A stretch of DNA of 64,000 nucleotides from a virus, in the IMG/VR virus record IMGVR_UViG_3300006921_004083, positions 59,783 through 123,782 of that record, one strand, 5' to 3'. This document shows positions 56,996 through 64,000 of this stretch, one piece after another. Positions within the stretch are counted from its first letter, which is position 1, and every line of letters begins with the position of its first letter. The notes beneath the pieces are model-generated. The model was not told where the DNA came from, made no database searches, and was given only the letters and a program-made list of their open reading frames with translations. The translations under genes and the position numbers were made by a program.

Positions 56996-57045
56996 ACTTG
57001 ATTTCCCACATTATTATTAATAACTTTTGTTAAAACTTATATAAT

Positions 57046-57276
57046 ATGAAAATAATGAGAGTAGTTGAAGTTGGTCTAATCGCAGATAAAGAAAGATTAG
57101 AATATAGCTTAGAGGAAATTATAAATGATAAGGAACTTGATCCTACAGAAAGAGTTAATAAGATAAAAAGTATTTTATTAGAACTTACACAAATAATGAA
57201 CGCCACACAACTTTGGTCTTCATATATACAGGGATTAAATAATAATAACAAAGACGAAGAAAATATTGAAAAATGA
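57046..57276 (+). CDS. hypothetical protein
   Basis: 76-aa ORF downstream of TTGATT-17-TAACTT (56998-57026). Confidence 0.6.
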   Translation: MKIMRVVEVGLIADKERLEYSLEEIINDKELDPTERVNKIKSILLELTQIMNATQLWSSYIQGLNNNNKDEENIEK

Positions 57277-57452
57277 ACACGTATTTTGAATTAAAAAAAC
57301 TAATAGAAGAATTAGAAGATGATGTAACAAAAGTTTACACCAAGAATAATAAAGCAGCCGCAGTTAGGGTAAGAAAAAATCTCCAGGAGGTGAAAAATAT
57401 CGCCCAAACACTTAGATTAGAGGTTAATGAAACTAGAAAACAATGGGATTAA
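57273..57452 (+). CDS. histone H1-like protein Hc1 family (59 aa, absent from the ORF track)
   Basis: Translated by hand: MNTYFELKKLIEELEDDVTKVYTKNNKAAAVRVRKNLQEVKNIAQTLRLEV...; matches the Hc1 core (G/N)NKAA..R.RK. Confidence 0.8.
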   Translation: MNTYFELKKLIEELEDDVTKVYTKNNKAAAVRVRKNLQEVKNIAQTLRLEVNETRKQWD

Positions 57453-57649
57453 TCTTATTAAATAAATTTTTACTATTAATATTATTTCTTTCTTTACTTA
57501 ACGTACTGAAGGAGATTGGAATGTTTTTGTGGAATTGGTTAGCTAAGGCAACACCTACCCCACTAAACTTAAGTAGTAAAAGAGTATTTTTATTAGGATT
57601 ATCATTTTCATATATATTACTTTGGATATTTAATGGGATAAAGATATGA
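57443..57649 (+). CDS. small membrane protein
   Basis: Two hydrophobic segments; overlaps both neighbours. Confidence 0.6.
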   Translation: MGLILLNKFLLLILFLSLLNVLKEIGMFLWNWLAKATPTPLNLSSKRVFLLGLSFSYILLWIFNGIKI

Positions 57650-58038
57650 GAGTTAGTGATAGATTAAATACATTATTACCGTATTTACAGGAAATAAAAT
57701 TCAGTCAAAACATAATTTTAGTTGGGGGTCTGTTCTATCCAAAATGGGTAGTGAAAGATTCACCATCTCCTGATATTAAATCTCATAAAACCGGACCTAA
57801 TGAAGAGGGTAAAGTAGTGTATCACTTTTACGGAGAAAAGAACAAACTCAATGTTGATACATTACTAGACTTTCTAGAAGAAGTAATAAATGAAAATCTA
57901 GATAGGGAAAGAAAAGAGGATTTATTTAAGAAAAAAGTTGAAGAACTTAAAACTGTTTTTAAGTCTAGTACTCTAACAGACTTAGAAAACCTTTTAATAA
58001 AAGTTGAAGAAGAAAAAAAGATAAAGGAAGATGAGTAA
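57646..58038 (+). CDS. hypothetical protein
   Basis: 130 aa; NLDRERKEDLFKKKVEELKTVF; ATGA coupling. Confidence 0.65.
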   Translation: MRVSDRLNTLLPYLQEIKFSQNIILVGGLFYPKWVVKDSPSPDIKSHKTGPNEEGKVVYHFYGEKNKLNVDTLLDFLEEVINENLDRERKEDLFKKKVEELKTVFKSSTLTDLENLLIKVEEEKKIKEDE

Positions 58039-58360
58039 CGCATTAATATACATATTACTTACATACGGATTAACCAATATTGTAGTTTACGGAAGTATTT
58101 TCGAAAAACCACGAACTTGGTTAAAATCCAAATCAAAATGGATAGAAGACCTACTTTCTTGTATGATGTGTTCGTCATTTTGGGTTGGTGCCATTCTGGG
58201 ATGGTTTGTAAAAAACCCAGTCAATAAGATTATTAATTTTGAAGAACAGTTATGGTTTATCCCAATCACTGCTTTATTATATGGAGTATTCACCTCAGGA
58301 AGTGTGTGGTTAATCCATACGATACAAGAATACTTTGAAAGGTCGAACCCCGCTAAATAA
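58031..58360 (+). CDS. DUF1360-like membrane protein
   Basis: SIFEKPRTW...LLSCMMCSSFWVG with flanking TM helices. Confidence 0.65.
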   Translation: MSNALIYILLTYGLTNIVVYGSIFEKPRTWLKSKSKWIEDLLSCMMCSSFWVGAILGWFVKNPVNKIINFEEQLWFIPITALLYGVFTSGSVWLIHTIQEYFERSNPAK

Positions 58361-58386
58361 AATTTTAATTAATATTGGTTTTTATT

Positions 58387-58424
58387 AAAATGAGAGGATT
58401 AATGTTTATTCTCTCATTTTTTTT
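58387..58424 (+). terminator. Rho-independent terminator
   Basis: AAAATGAGAG...CTCTCATTTT stem ending in a T8 run. Confidence 0.8.
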
Positions 58425-58439
58425 GCTTAATTATAACTA

Positions 58440-58667
58440 ATGGAAATAAATGAAAAACATCTCGAACGACTTGTAAATGATCAAAGAAGAATTGATGCTA
58501 ATTTAGAAATGCATAAGAATAAATTCATTAAGGAAATGAGAGGAGGATTAGGAGAAAAGATAAAAGAAGAAATTAATAAACCAAAAAAAGAAATTAAAGA
58601 GGAAGATCAAACCAAAGGTTTGTTTAGGACATTAAAAAAATGGATTTCGAAGATATCAAAAAAATAG
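58440..58667 (+). CDS. hypothetical protein
   Basis: 75-aa ORF in a co-oriented small-gene cluster. Confidence 0.55.
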   Translation: MEINEKHLERLVNDQRRIDANLEMHKNKFIKEMRGGLGEKIKEEINKPKKEIKEEDQTKGLFRTLKKWISKISKK

Positions 58668-58852
58668 CAACATTCTTAACCAACGATATAAACCATACGG
58701 GGGTAAACATAGAATTATTATTAGATGAAGAGTCACATAAGACACTACATAGAGAGATTTGGGAACTCAATAGGTGGGGAGATCTTAACTATACTGAAGA
58801 ATTTGAAATGACAATAGGTGAAATAAAATTTAGATTCCTAATTAAAAAATAG
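58640..58852 (+). CDS. hypothetical protein
   Basis: 70-aa ORF. Confidence 0.55.
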   Translation: MDFEDIKKIATFLTNDINHTGVNIELLLDEESHKTLHREIWELNRWGDLNYTEEFEMTIGEIKFRFLIKK

Positions 58853-58857
58853 AATAA

Positions 58858-59064
58858 ATGTTTACATATAAGTTACATAAAAAAATTTTAGGGGATGGGG
58901 TGAAACTCACAATAAAAGGAGAAAAGCAAAACTTAAAACACGAGTTTACAACCAAAATCTCCTATAAGGAATTACAAAAAATTAAATACGAAGATTTTGT
59001 AGAGAATATGTTATTCGGATTAGAGAAAAAAATAGATATGATGTTAATTGATAATATTTATTAA
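58858..59064 (+). CDS. hypothetical protein
   Basis: 68-aa ORF. Confidence 0.5.
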   Translation: MFTYKLHKKILGDGVKLTIKGEKQNLKHEFTTKISYKELQKIKYEDFVENMLFGLEKKIDMMLIDNIY

Positions 59065-59067
59065 TAC

Positions 59068-59379
59068 ATGACACTAAAAGAATACCTTGATCGTATGGAA
59101 GAAAAACTAGAACAATCTTTAGGAAAAGAACTAAAGGAGTTTATTCCCAGAATATTAAAAAATATTGAAAAAATATCATTAGAAAAATTCATAAATGATG
59201 GTGACCCAGTATTAGACCTCGTAGAATTCAAAAAAATATTTGACGATACTCTTAGTGAGGGACTTAATAATAGATTAACAGATAAAGGAATGATATCATT
59301 CATTGAGAAAGAATTCCAAACAATTGTTATAAAAGATAAAGAAGGTAATAACATAGAGTTTACGATAGGGTTAAATTAA
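59068..59379 (+). CDS. hypothetical protein
   Basis: 103-aa ORF converging on the - strand gene. Confidence 0.55.
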   Translation: MTLKEYLDRMEEKLEQSLGKELKEFIPRILKNIEKISLEKFINDGDPVLDLVEFKKIFDDTLSEGLNNRLTDKGMISFIEKEFQTIVIKDKEGNNIEFTIGLN

Positions 59380-59383
59380 AACT

Positions 59384-60043
59384 CTATCTGGTCATACTTC
59401 TCCATAGGTAATCTCGATCAATCCCCAATGAACTACCTAATTTAGTATAGAGACCACTTCGTTTAGATTTAGGGACCTCCCCAGAAAACAATACACGTAA
59501 ATTCTTTTTTCTCATATACAAATCTTTTAACTTTTCATAAACTCTAATAGAATCATAACGATTTTTCGTAACAAGAAGATTAATAGTGCCACCAACTTCA
59601 ACACATAACTTATTGTGGAATCTATAGATATGTCCAGTATCTTTTTTATTCTCATTAAGAAGAGGAGTAATAATTTTAGAAATCACATCAACTAAACATA
59701 GACGCTCATCAAAACCATGAACCTTAAAAGACTCTTCATATTCATATGGTTTATGTTTAATCAATACCCATTCATCATTATTAAATATTGGTTGTTGGAT
59801 GCGTCCCATATTATCTCTAACTGAAAGGTTGGAGTCCATTTTAGAAGAACGTTTTTTAAGTAATAAAAGTTCGAACTTTACTTCTACTGGATTTTTATTA
59901 CTTATAAATCTAACAGGGAAGAGTACTTTATTGTTTCTCATTAACTTATTAAAACGCTGTGTTGCGTTCTTTTTTACATTAGTTTCAAAAACAAGCTTTT
60001 TTTTCTTCCGATTCTTTGTTATTATTATACGATATGTCTTCAT
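59384..60043 (-). CDS. basic hypothetical protein (the only convincing - strand gene)
   Basis: Fills a gap with no good + ORF; probable start MKTYRIIITKN at 60043; ATATTTAT on the - strand at 60049-60056. Confidence 0.75.
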   Translation of the reverse strand: MKTYRIIITKNRKKKKLVFETNVKKNATQRFNKLMRNNKVLFPVRFISNKNPVEVKFELLLLKKRSSKMDSNLSVRDNMGRIQQPIFNNDEWVLIKHKPYEYEESFKVHGFDERLCLVDVISKIITPLLNENKKDTGHIYRFHNKLCVEVGGTINLLVTKNRYDSIRVYEKLKDLYMRKKNLRVLFSGEVPKSKRSGLYTKLGSSLGIDRDYLWRSMTR

Positions 60044-60074
60044 ATTAAATAAATATAAAATAAAATAAATAAAA

Positions 60075-61010
60075 ATGAACAATTACTACGATATACTTGG
60101 CGTAAGGGAGGATTCTACACCGGAGGAAATTAAGAAGGCCTATAGAAAATTATCCAAAGAACACCATCCAGATATGGGCGGAGACACCGAAAAATTCAAA
60201 AATATCTCTGAGGCTTATGGTATTTTAGGTGATAAAAATAAAAAAAATGATTACGATAATAAGAGAAAAAATCCATTTTTTGGTGGTAATATGGGTTCAG
60301 ATGACTTATTTGATCAATTTTTTAATAGAACACAAGGAGGTGGTAGAAGACAACAAACAGAAAATCTAAACGCAAATGTAGAGGTCACATTAGAAGAAAT
60401 AAATGAAGGTGTAACAAAAACCATAAGATTTAATAGGGTGGTTGTAGATAAAAGTAGAAATATGACAGTATGTTCACAATGTAATGGTAGTGGACATATT
60501 ACATTAATGGGGCCTTTTAGGAGTAGATGTAATACGTGTAATGGGGTTGGTAGACAATATCACTATAAAAAATTTGGACAAGAAATTACATTTGATGTGC
60601 CTAGAGGGGCAAAAGATGGTGAAACAATATTTTACCCAGGATTAGGTAATGAAACTCCAGGTGGACCAGGTAACCTGTTCATCAAACTAGTTCAAAAACC
60701 ACACCCAAACTTCAGACGTGAAGGCGACAACCTAATTACTAATAAGGAAGTACCATTCCCAATACTAATATTGGGTGGTACAATGGAAATTAATACACTA
60801 AAAGGAAGAATATCAATTAAGATAGGAAAAAACTCCAAACCAAATCATAGACTTAGAGTGGCGGGTAAGGGATTAAATAATGAAGAAGGATATAGAGTAG
60901 GTGATTTAATAGTTGAATTAGTGCCGGTTATACCTAATGATATTAACGAGAAAGAAAGAAAACTCTTAGAGGAGTTGAAAAGTTCTGAGAATTTTACTAT
61001 AATTAAATAA
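60075..61010 (+). CDS. dnaJ: DnaJ chaperone
   Basis: YYDILGV, IKKAYRKLSKEHHPD, G/F-rich linker, two CxxCxGxG motifs, C-terminal substrate-binding domain. Confidence 0.92.
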   Translation: MNNYYDILGVREDSTPEEIKKAYRKLSKEHHPDMGGDTEKFKNISEAYGILGDKNKKNDYDNKRKNPFFGGNMGSDDLFDQFFNRTQGGGRRQQTENLNANVEVTLEEINEGVTKTIRFNRVVVDKSRNMTVCSQCNGSGHITLMGPFRSRCNTCNGVGRQYHYKKFGQEITFDVPRGAKDGETIFYPGLGNETPGGPGNLFIKLVQKPHPNFRREGDNLITNKEVPFPILILGGTMEINTLKGRISIKIGKNSKPNHRLRVAGKGLNNEEGYRVGDLIVELVPVIPNDINEKERKLLEELKSSENFTIIK

Positions 61011-61025
61011 TAAAATAAATTAACA

Positions 61026-61238
61026 ATGGAAGAATCTAAATACTACTTGGTAAAAGTAAAAGAAAAGTTTGTAGACGCGGAGTCAAACAAAGTAAAAACA
61101 ACAACCAGACAAAAATTAGTAGACGCTATGTCTATAACAGAGGCTGAAGTTAAAACAGTTAAGTTATACGAAGGGTGTACTTTTGAATGGAAAATAACAA
61201 GTGTCGCTGAAAGTCCAATCGACGAAATAATATCTTAA
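61026..61238 (+). CDS. DUF4494-like small protein
   Basis: LVDAMSITEAEVK...ITSVAESPIDEI. Confidence 0.65.
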   Translation: MEESKYYLVKVKEKFVDAESNKVKTTTRQKLVDAMSITEAEVKTVKLYEGCTFEWKITSVAESPIDEIIS

Positions 61239-61239
61239 A

Positions 61240-61461
61240 ATGCAAGGAAAAAAATTAATGTACGATGCCTTAATGGCACAATGTGGAGCTGAAAAAACTG
61301 AAGCTCTTTTTACTCTTAATAACTATATGGAAAATAGTGTAGGTATTGGAGAACACCCACAACAAGTGGAAGAGGCAATGAAAGCTTTGAGTAAATTATC
61401 AGAAGCTGAAGATAAAATGTCAAAATTAGAAAAATATTTTAACGAAAAAGAAAATCTGTAA
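61240..61461 (+). CDS. small phage hypothetical protein
   Basis: YMENSVGIGEHPQQVEE motif. Confidence 0.65.
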   Translation: MQGKKLMYDALMAQCGAEKTEALFTLNNYMENSVGIGEHPQQVEEAMKALSKLSEAEDKMSKLEKYFNEKENL

Positions 61462-61463
61462 TT

Positions 61464-62282
61464 ATGTGTTTAAGTTATATAGGTGGAAAAAGTAGGATAG
61501 GTAAATGGATTGCGGGTTACATACCTTCAGATATTGAAACTTATGTGGAACCGTTTGGAGGGATGTACTGGGTCTTTTTTAAGATGAATCCAGATTCCCT
61601 AATGAACCTAAAGACAGTTGTATATAATGACTTTAATCCATTAAACACCAATTTCTTCAAATGCATTTCTAAAAAGCATAAAGAAATGTTACAATACATG
61701 CAAAATATCCCAGCACAAGAAAAGGATAGATTTTATGAGTACCAAAAAGAAATATTTTCAGATAATTTAGAAATGAATGATGATGGAGATGTATCAATAG
61801 CTGTTAAGTATGCATATGTACTAACACAGGTCTGGAGTGGAACTAATCCAGATGGTGCATCTTTTATCGATCTCAAAGGTAAATACAAATCTAAGTTTGA
61901 TACATTTAGAGATAAGTTAGCAAATCCTAAATGGACCAAATTATTTGAAATGATAACATTTGTAGAGAATATGGACTTTCAAAAAGTTGTTGAAAAGTAT
62001 GACTCACCAACAACTTATGTTTACTTAGATCCACCATATTGGAAAACAGAAGATTATTATTCTAATCATGATTTCGATCGAGCAGACCATGAAAGAGTTG
62101 CAGAGACTTTACATAAAATGGAAGGAAAGTTTTCATTAAGTTATTATGATTTTGAATTATTACATACATGGTTCCCACAAACCAACTACAAATGGGAACG
62201 AAGAGAGTTTGCAAAAGCGGCCGGAGCCAAGGCAGGTAAAAAACAATCCAAAGGAGAAGAACTTTTAATTATGAATTATTAA
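61464..62282 (+). CDS. Dam-like (D12 class) DNA adenine methyltransferase (orphan)
   Basis: YIGGKS, YVEPFGG, VYNDFN, YLDPPY, ELLIMNY. Confidence 0.9.
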   Translation: MCLSYIGGKSRIGKWIAGYIPSDIETYVEPFGGMYWVFFKMNPDSLMNLKTVVYNDFNPLNTNFFKCISKKHKEMLQYMQNIPAQEKDRFYEYQKEIFSDNLEMNDDGDVSIAVKYAYVLTQVWSGTNPDGASFIDLKGKYKSKFDTFRDKLANPKWTKLFEMITFVENMDFQKVVEKYDSPTTYVYLDPPYWKTEDYYSNHDFDRADHERVAETLHKMEGKFSLSYYDFELLHTWFPQTNYKWERREFAKAAGAKAGKKQSKGEELLIMNY

Positions 62283-62292
62283 TTTTTTTTAG

Positions 62293-62300
62293 TATCTTTG
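62293..62300 (+). promoter_or_regulatory. Bacteroidota -7 element
   Basis: TATCTTTG just upstream of ATG 62305; no clear -33 TTTG. Confidence 0.45.
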
Positions 62301-62304
62301 TCGT

Positions 62305-64000
62305 ATGAAAGATAATGAAAAAGTTATATTAAGGTATTCATGGGAAAATCTGTGTTCAACAGAGTACCATAACTATATGCCTATTGATGGTGATAGAGTC
62401 AAAAATGAGGATATAGTAAGTGACGTAAGTCCAGAGTGGATAACCTTTAACAATTCATTAGTAAAGAAGAGTAAAGAAGGGGTTGACCTGTTTAACTCTA
62501 CACAAGTACCCGATAATTCTTTATTATATTATAAAAAATCTGAAAAATGTCAGATGAATGAGAAAGAGTGGAATGAAAAGGCATTTAATAAGTTAACTCA
62601 TAATATGGTTAATAGGGTAACTCTTGTATTATCTGAGTTACCAGGAAATAAACTAAAACTTTCATTATTTAGATTTAGAAAAGAAAAAAGAGCAGGTTTC
62701 CAAAACTTTAAGAAAAGTAATGATGATGTTCACATCACAATCAATCGAGATACTAAGAACTGGTTCTATACAAAAACTTCATTCTTAAATAGAAAAAGAA
62801 CTGTTCGTACATCTAAAAATCCTTTTATTTGGGTTGAGAATAATTTAGAAAATTCCTTCAAATTAGATAATATTTTTGGGTGGTATAGAGTAGTTACTCA
62901 TGTGGAGGCAGTGGATTCACAAGATCCAATCAGAAAAGAAATGGTAACAGCACTCCTTACAGTTCATAATAAAATTGCTAAACTACTTAAACAAGATACA
63001 GACTCAACCCTATCACATAATATTATACAAGGTACACCAGTAACATTTGGTTATAGTTTAGGGGTGGTAATTGCAAAATGGTTCTGCAATCAACACGGTA
63101 TAAAGTTACCCGACTATTGGCAAAATTACTTTTTTAATTTCTATCCAGGTATTAAAAAAATGAGAAGAACAAACATGAAGTTATTGCCAGCGATTATACG
63201 AGGGTATGGGATAAAATCAAAATATCTAAATCAACTATTAAATGAAAATCCAACATTAAACATTAATGATATAGCTCTTTGGTTTGGTATCTTAGGTCCA
63301 GATTTCTTTAGACAAATACCTAAACACTTATTAACAACAACTTCATCCTCCGACTGTTACAGAGTAGTAAGTCCACATTCACCAAAATCTGCTCATAAGT
63401 TTCTAGCAGACGTGGAGGACATTACCCAGAGTTTAACAACACAAGAAAAAAGAAATATCATATCAATAACTAAAACTATGGATAAGGATTCGCCTTATGT
63501 TTATTTTTTGAGTGAATTAAGAGACCATATGTACACAAAAAGAAGGTTGGCCAAGGTAAATGAAAAAGTATCAATTGTAGCAAAAACAATAGAGGAGTTT
63601 AAGACGGAACATCGCGAGTGGTCGGCTCTTTTACACTACCTAATGTCGGATCAATCCACAAAGTATTACTATAGTCCGGAAGCAATAGAAGACATAGAAA
63701 AAGACTATAATGACTATAAAATATTTTTATTAAAAGATGAGGAAGAATATTTTGAAGAGGGTCAGTCACAAAAAAATTGTGTTAGAAGTTACCTTCCACA
63801 ATATAATAGTATGATATTTTCCATTAGAAATACGGAGGATAGGAGACTAACCTGTGAAGTCCAAGGAGGGAAAGTAATTCAGATAAGAGAAGTTTGTAAT
63901 GGGGAACCTGGAGAAGAATGGGACGAAGTAATACTAGAAATGAAAAATAGAGTAGATAAATTATTTAGAAAAGATTTACTAAAACCATCTATTAAGAAAA
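62305..64000 (+). CDS. PcfJ-like domain protein (runs off the window)
   Basis: Frame starting MKDNEKVILRYSW contains LKDEEEYFEEGQSQKNCVRSY..IFSIR...RLTCEV..IQIR near 63730-63890; no stop seen before the end. Confidence 0.7.
   Translation, partial: MKDNEKVILRYSWENLCSTEYHNYMPIDGDRVKNEDIVSDVSPEWITFNNSLVKKSKEGVDLFNSTQVPDNSLLYYKKSEKCQMNEKEWNEKAFNKLTHNMVNRVTLVLSELPGNKLKLSLFRFRKEKRAGFQNFKKSNDDVHITINRDTKNWFYTKTSFLNRKRTVRTSKNPFIWVENNLENSFKLDNIFGWYRVVTHVEAVDSQDPIRKEMVTALLTVHNKIAKLLKQDTDSTLSHNIIQGTPVTFGYSLGVVIAKWFCNQHGIKLPDYWQNYFFNFYPGIKKMRRTNMKLLPAIIRGYGIKSKYLNQLLNENPTLNINDIALWFGILGPDFFRQIPKHLLTTTSSSDCYRVVSPHSPKSAHKFLADVEDITQSLTTQEKRNIISITKTMDKDSPYVYFLSELRDHMYTKRRLAKVNEKVSIVAKTIEEFKTEHREWSALLHYLMSDQSTKYYYSPEAIEDIEKDYNDYKIFLLKDEEEYFEEGQSQKNCVRSYLPQYNSMIFSIRNTEDRRLTCEVQGGKVIQIREVCNGEPGEEWDEVILEMKNRVDKLFRKDLLKPSIKK

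Noticed and set aside
1-64000. Genome-wide stop-codon reassignment (TAG to Gln or TGA to Trp), as in some large Bacteroidota phages
   Set aside because: Conserved genes are full length under the standard code and coding density is near complete. TAG ends several genes (e.g. 19793, 36578, 50088) whose next gene starts in another frame. Only the 23389 junction is kept as a local candidate.
1-64000. tRNA, rRNA or structured ncRNA genes
   Set aside because: Intergenic gaps are short and A/T-rich and no cloverleaf or T-loop pattern was noticed; a covariance-model scan would be needed to exclude them fully.

Overview
A 64-kb, AT-rich, gene-dense segment of a large (jumbo-type) tailed phage genome, almost entirely on the + strand and read with the standard code. 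The host is most likely a Bacteroidota: there is a Bacteroidota-type sigma factor, a TTTG-19-TAnnTTTG promoter, Hc1, DUF4494-like and DUF6576-like genes, and A-rich starts without Shine-Dalgarno motifs. Layout: (1) 0.3-7.3 kb replication and nucleotide genes (gp32-like SSB, RecA/UvsX, 5'-3' exonuclease, DnaB, class II RNR). (2) 7.4-40.7 kb, a ~33-kb contractile-tail baseplate/fibre module: gp25, gp6-like and gp7/gpI-like wedge proteins plus very large proteins decorated with Cys-rich GCTD repeats, carbohydrate-binding-like domains and a duplicated dockerin-like motif. (3) 40.7-48.8 kb RuvC, primase, PD-(D/E)XK nuclease, Mre11/Rad50, a DNA methyltransferase and a sigma factor. (4) 48.9-56.5 kb a possible lysis cassette and putative internal head proteins. 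(5) 56.5-64 kb small and host-like genes, DnaJ, a Dam-like methyltransferase and a PcfJ-like gene. The most unusual signals are a strongly enriched [ST][GA]xT motif confined to some virion proteins (candidate modification sequon), a phage dockerin, an in-frame TAG between two giant structural ORFs, a collar-like domain apparently split across paralogues, and an Mre11 C-terminal part apparently moved onto Rad50. No tRNA, rRNA, CRISPR array, intron, intein or reverse transcriptase was recognised. All family calls come from motif recognition by eye, not database searches.
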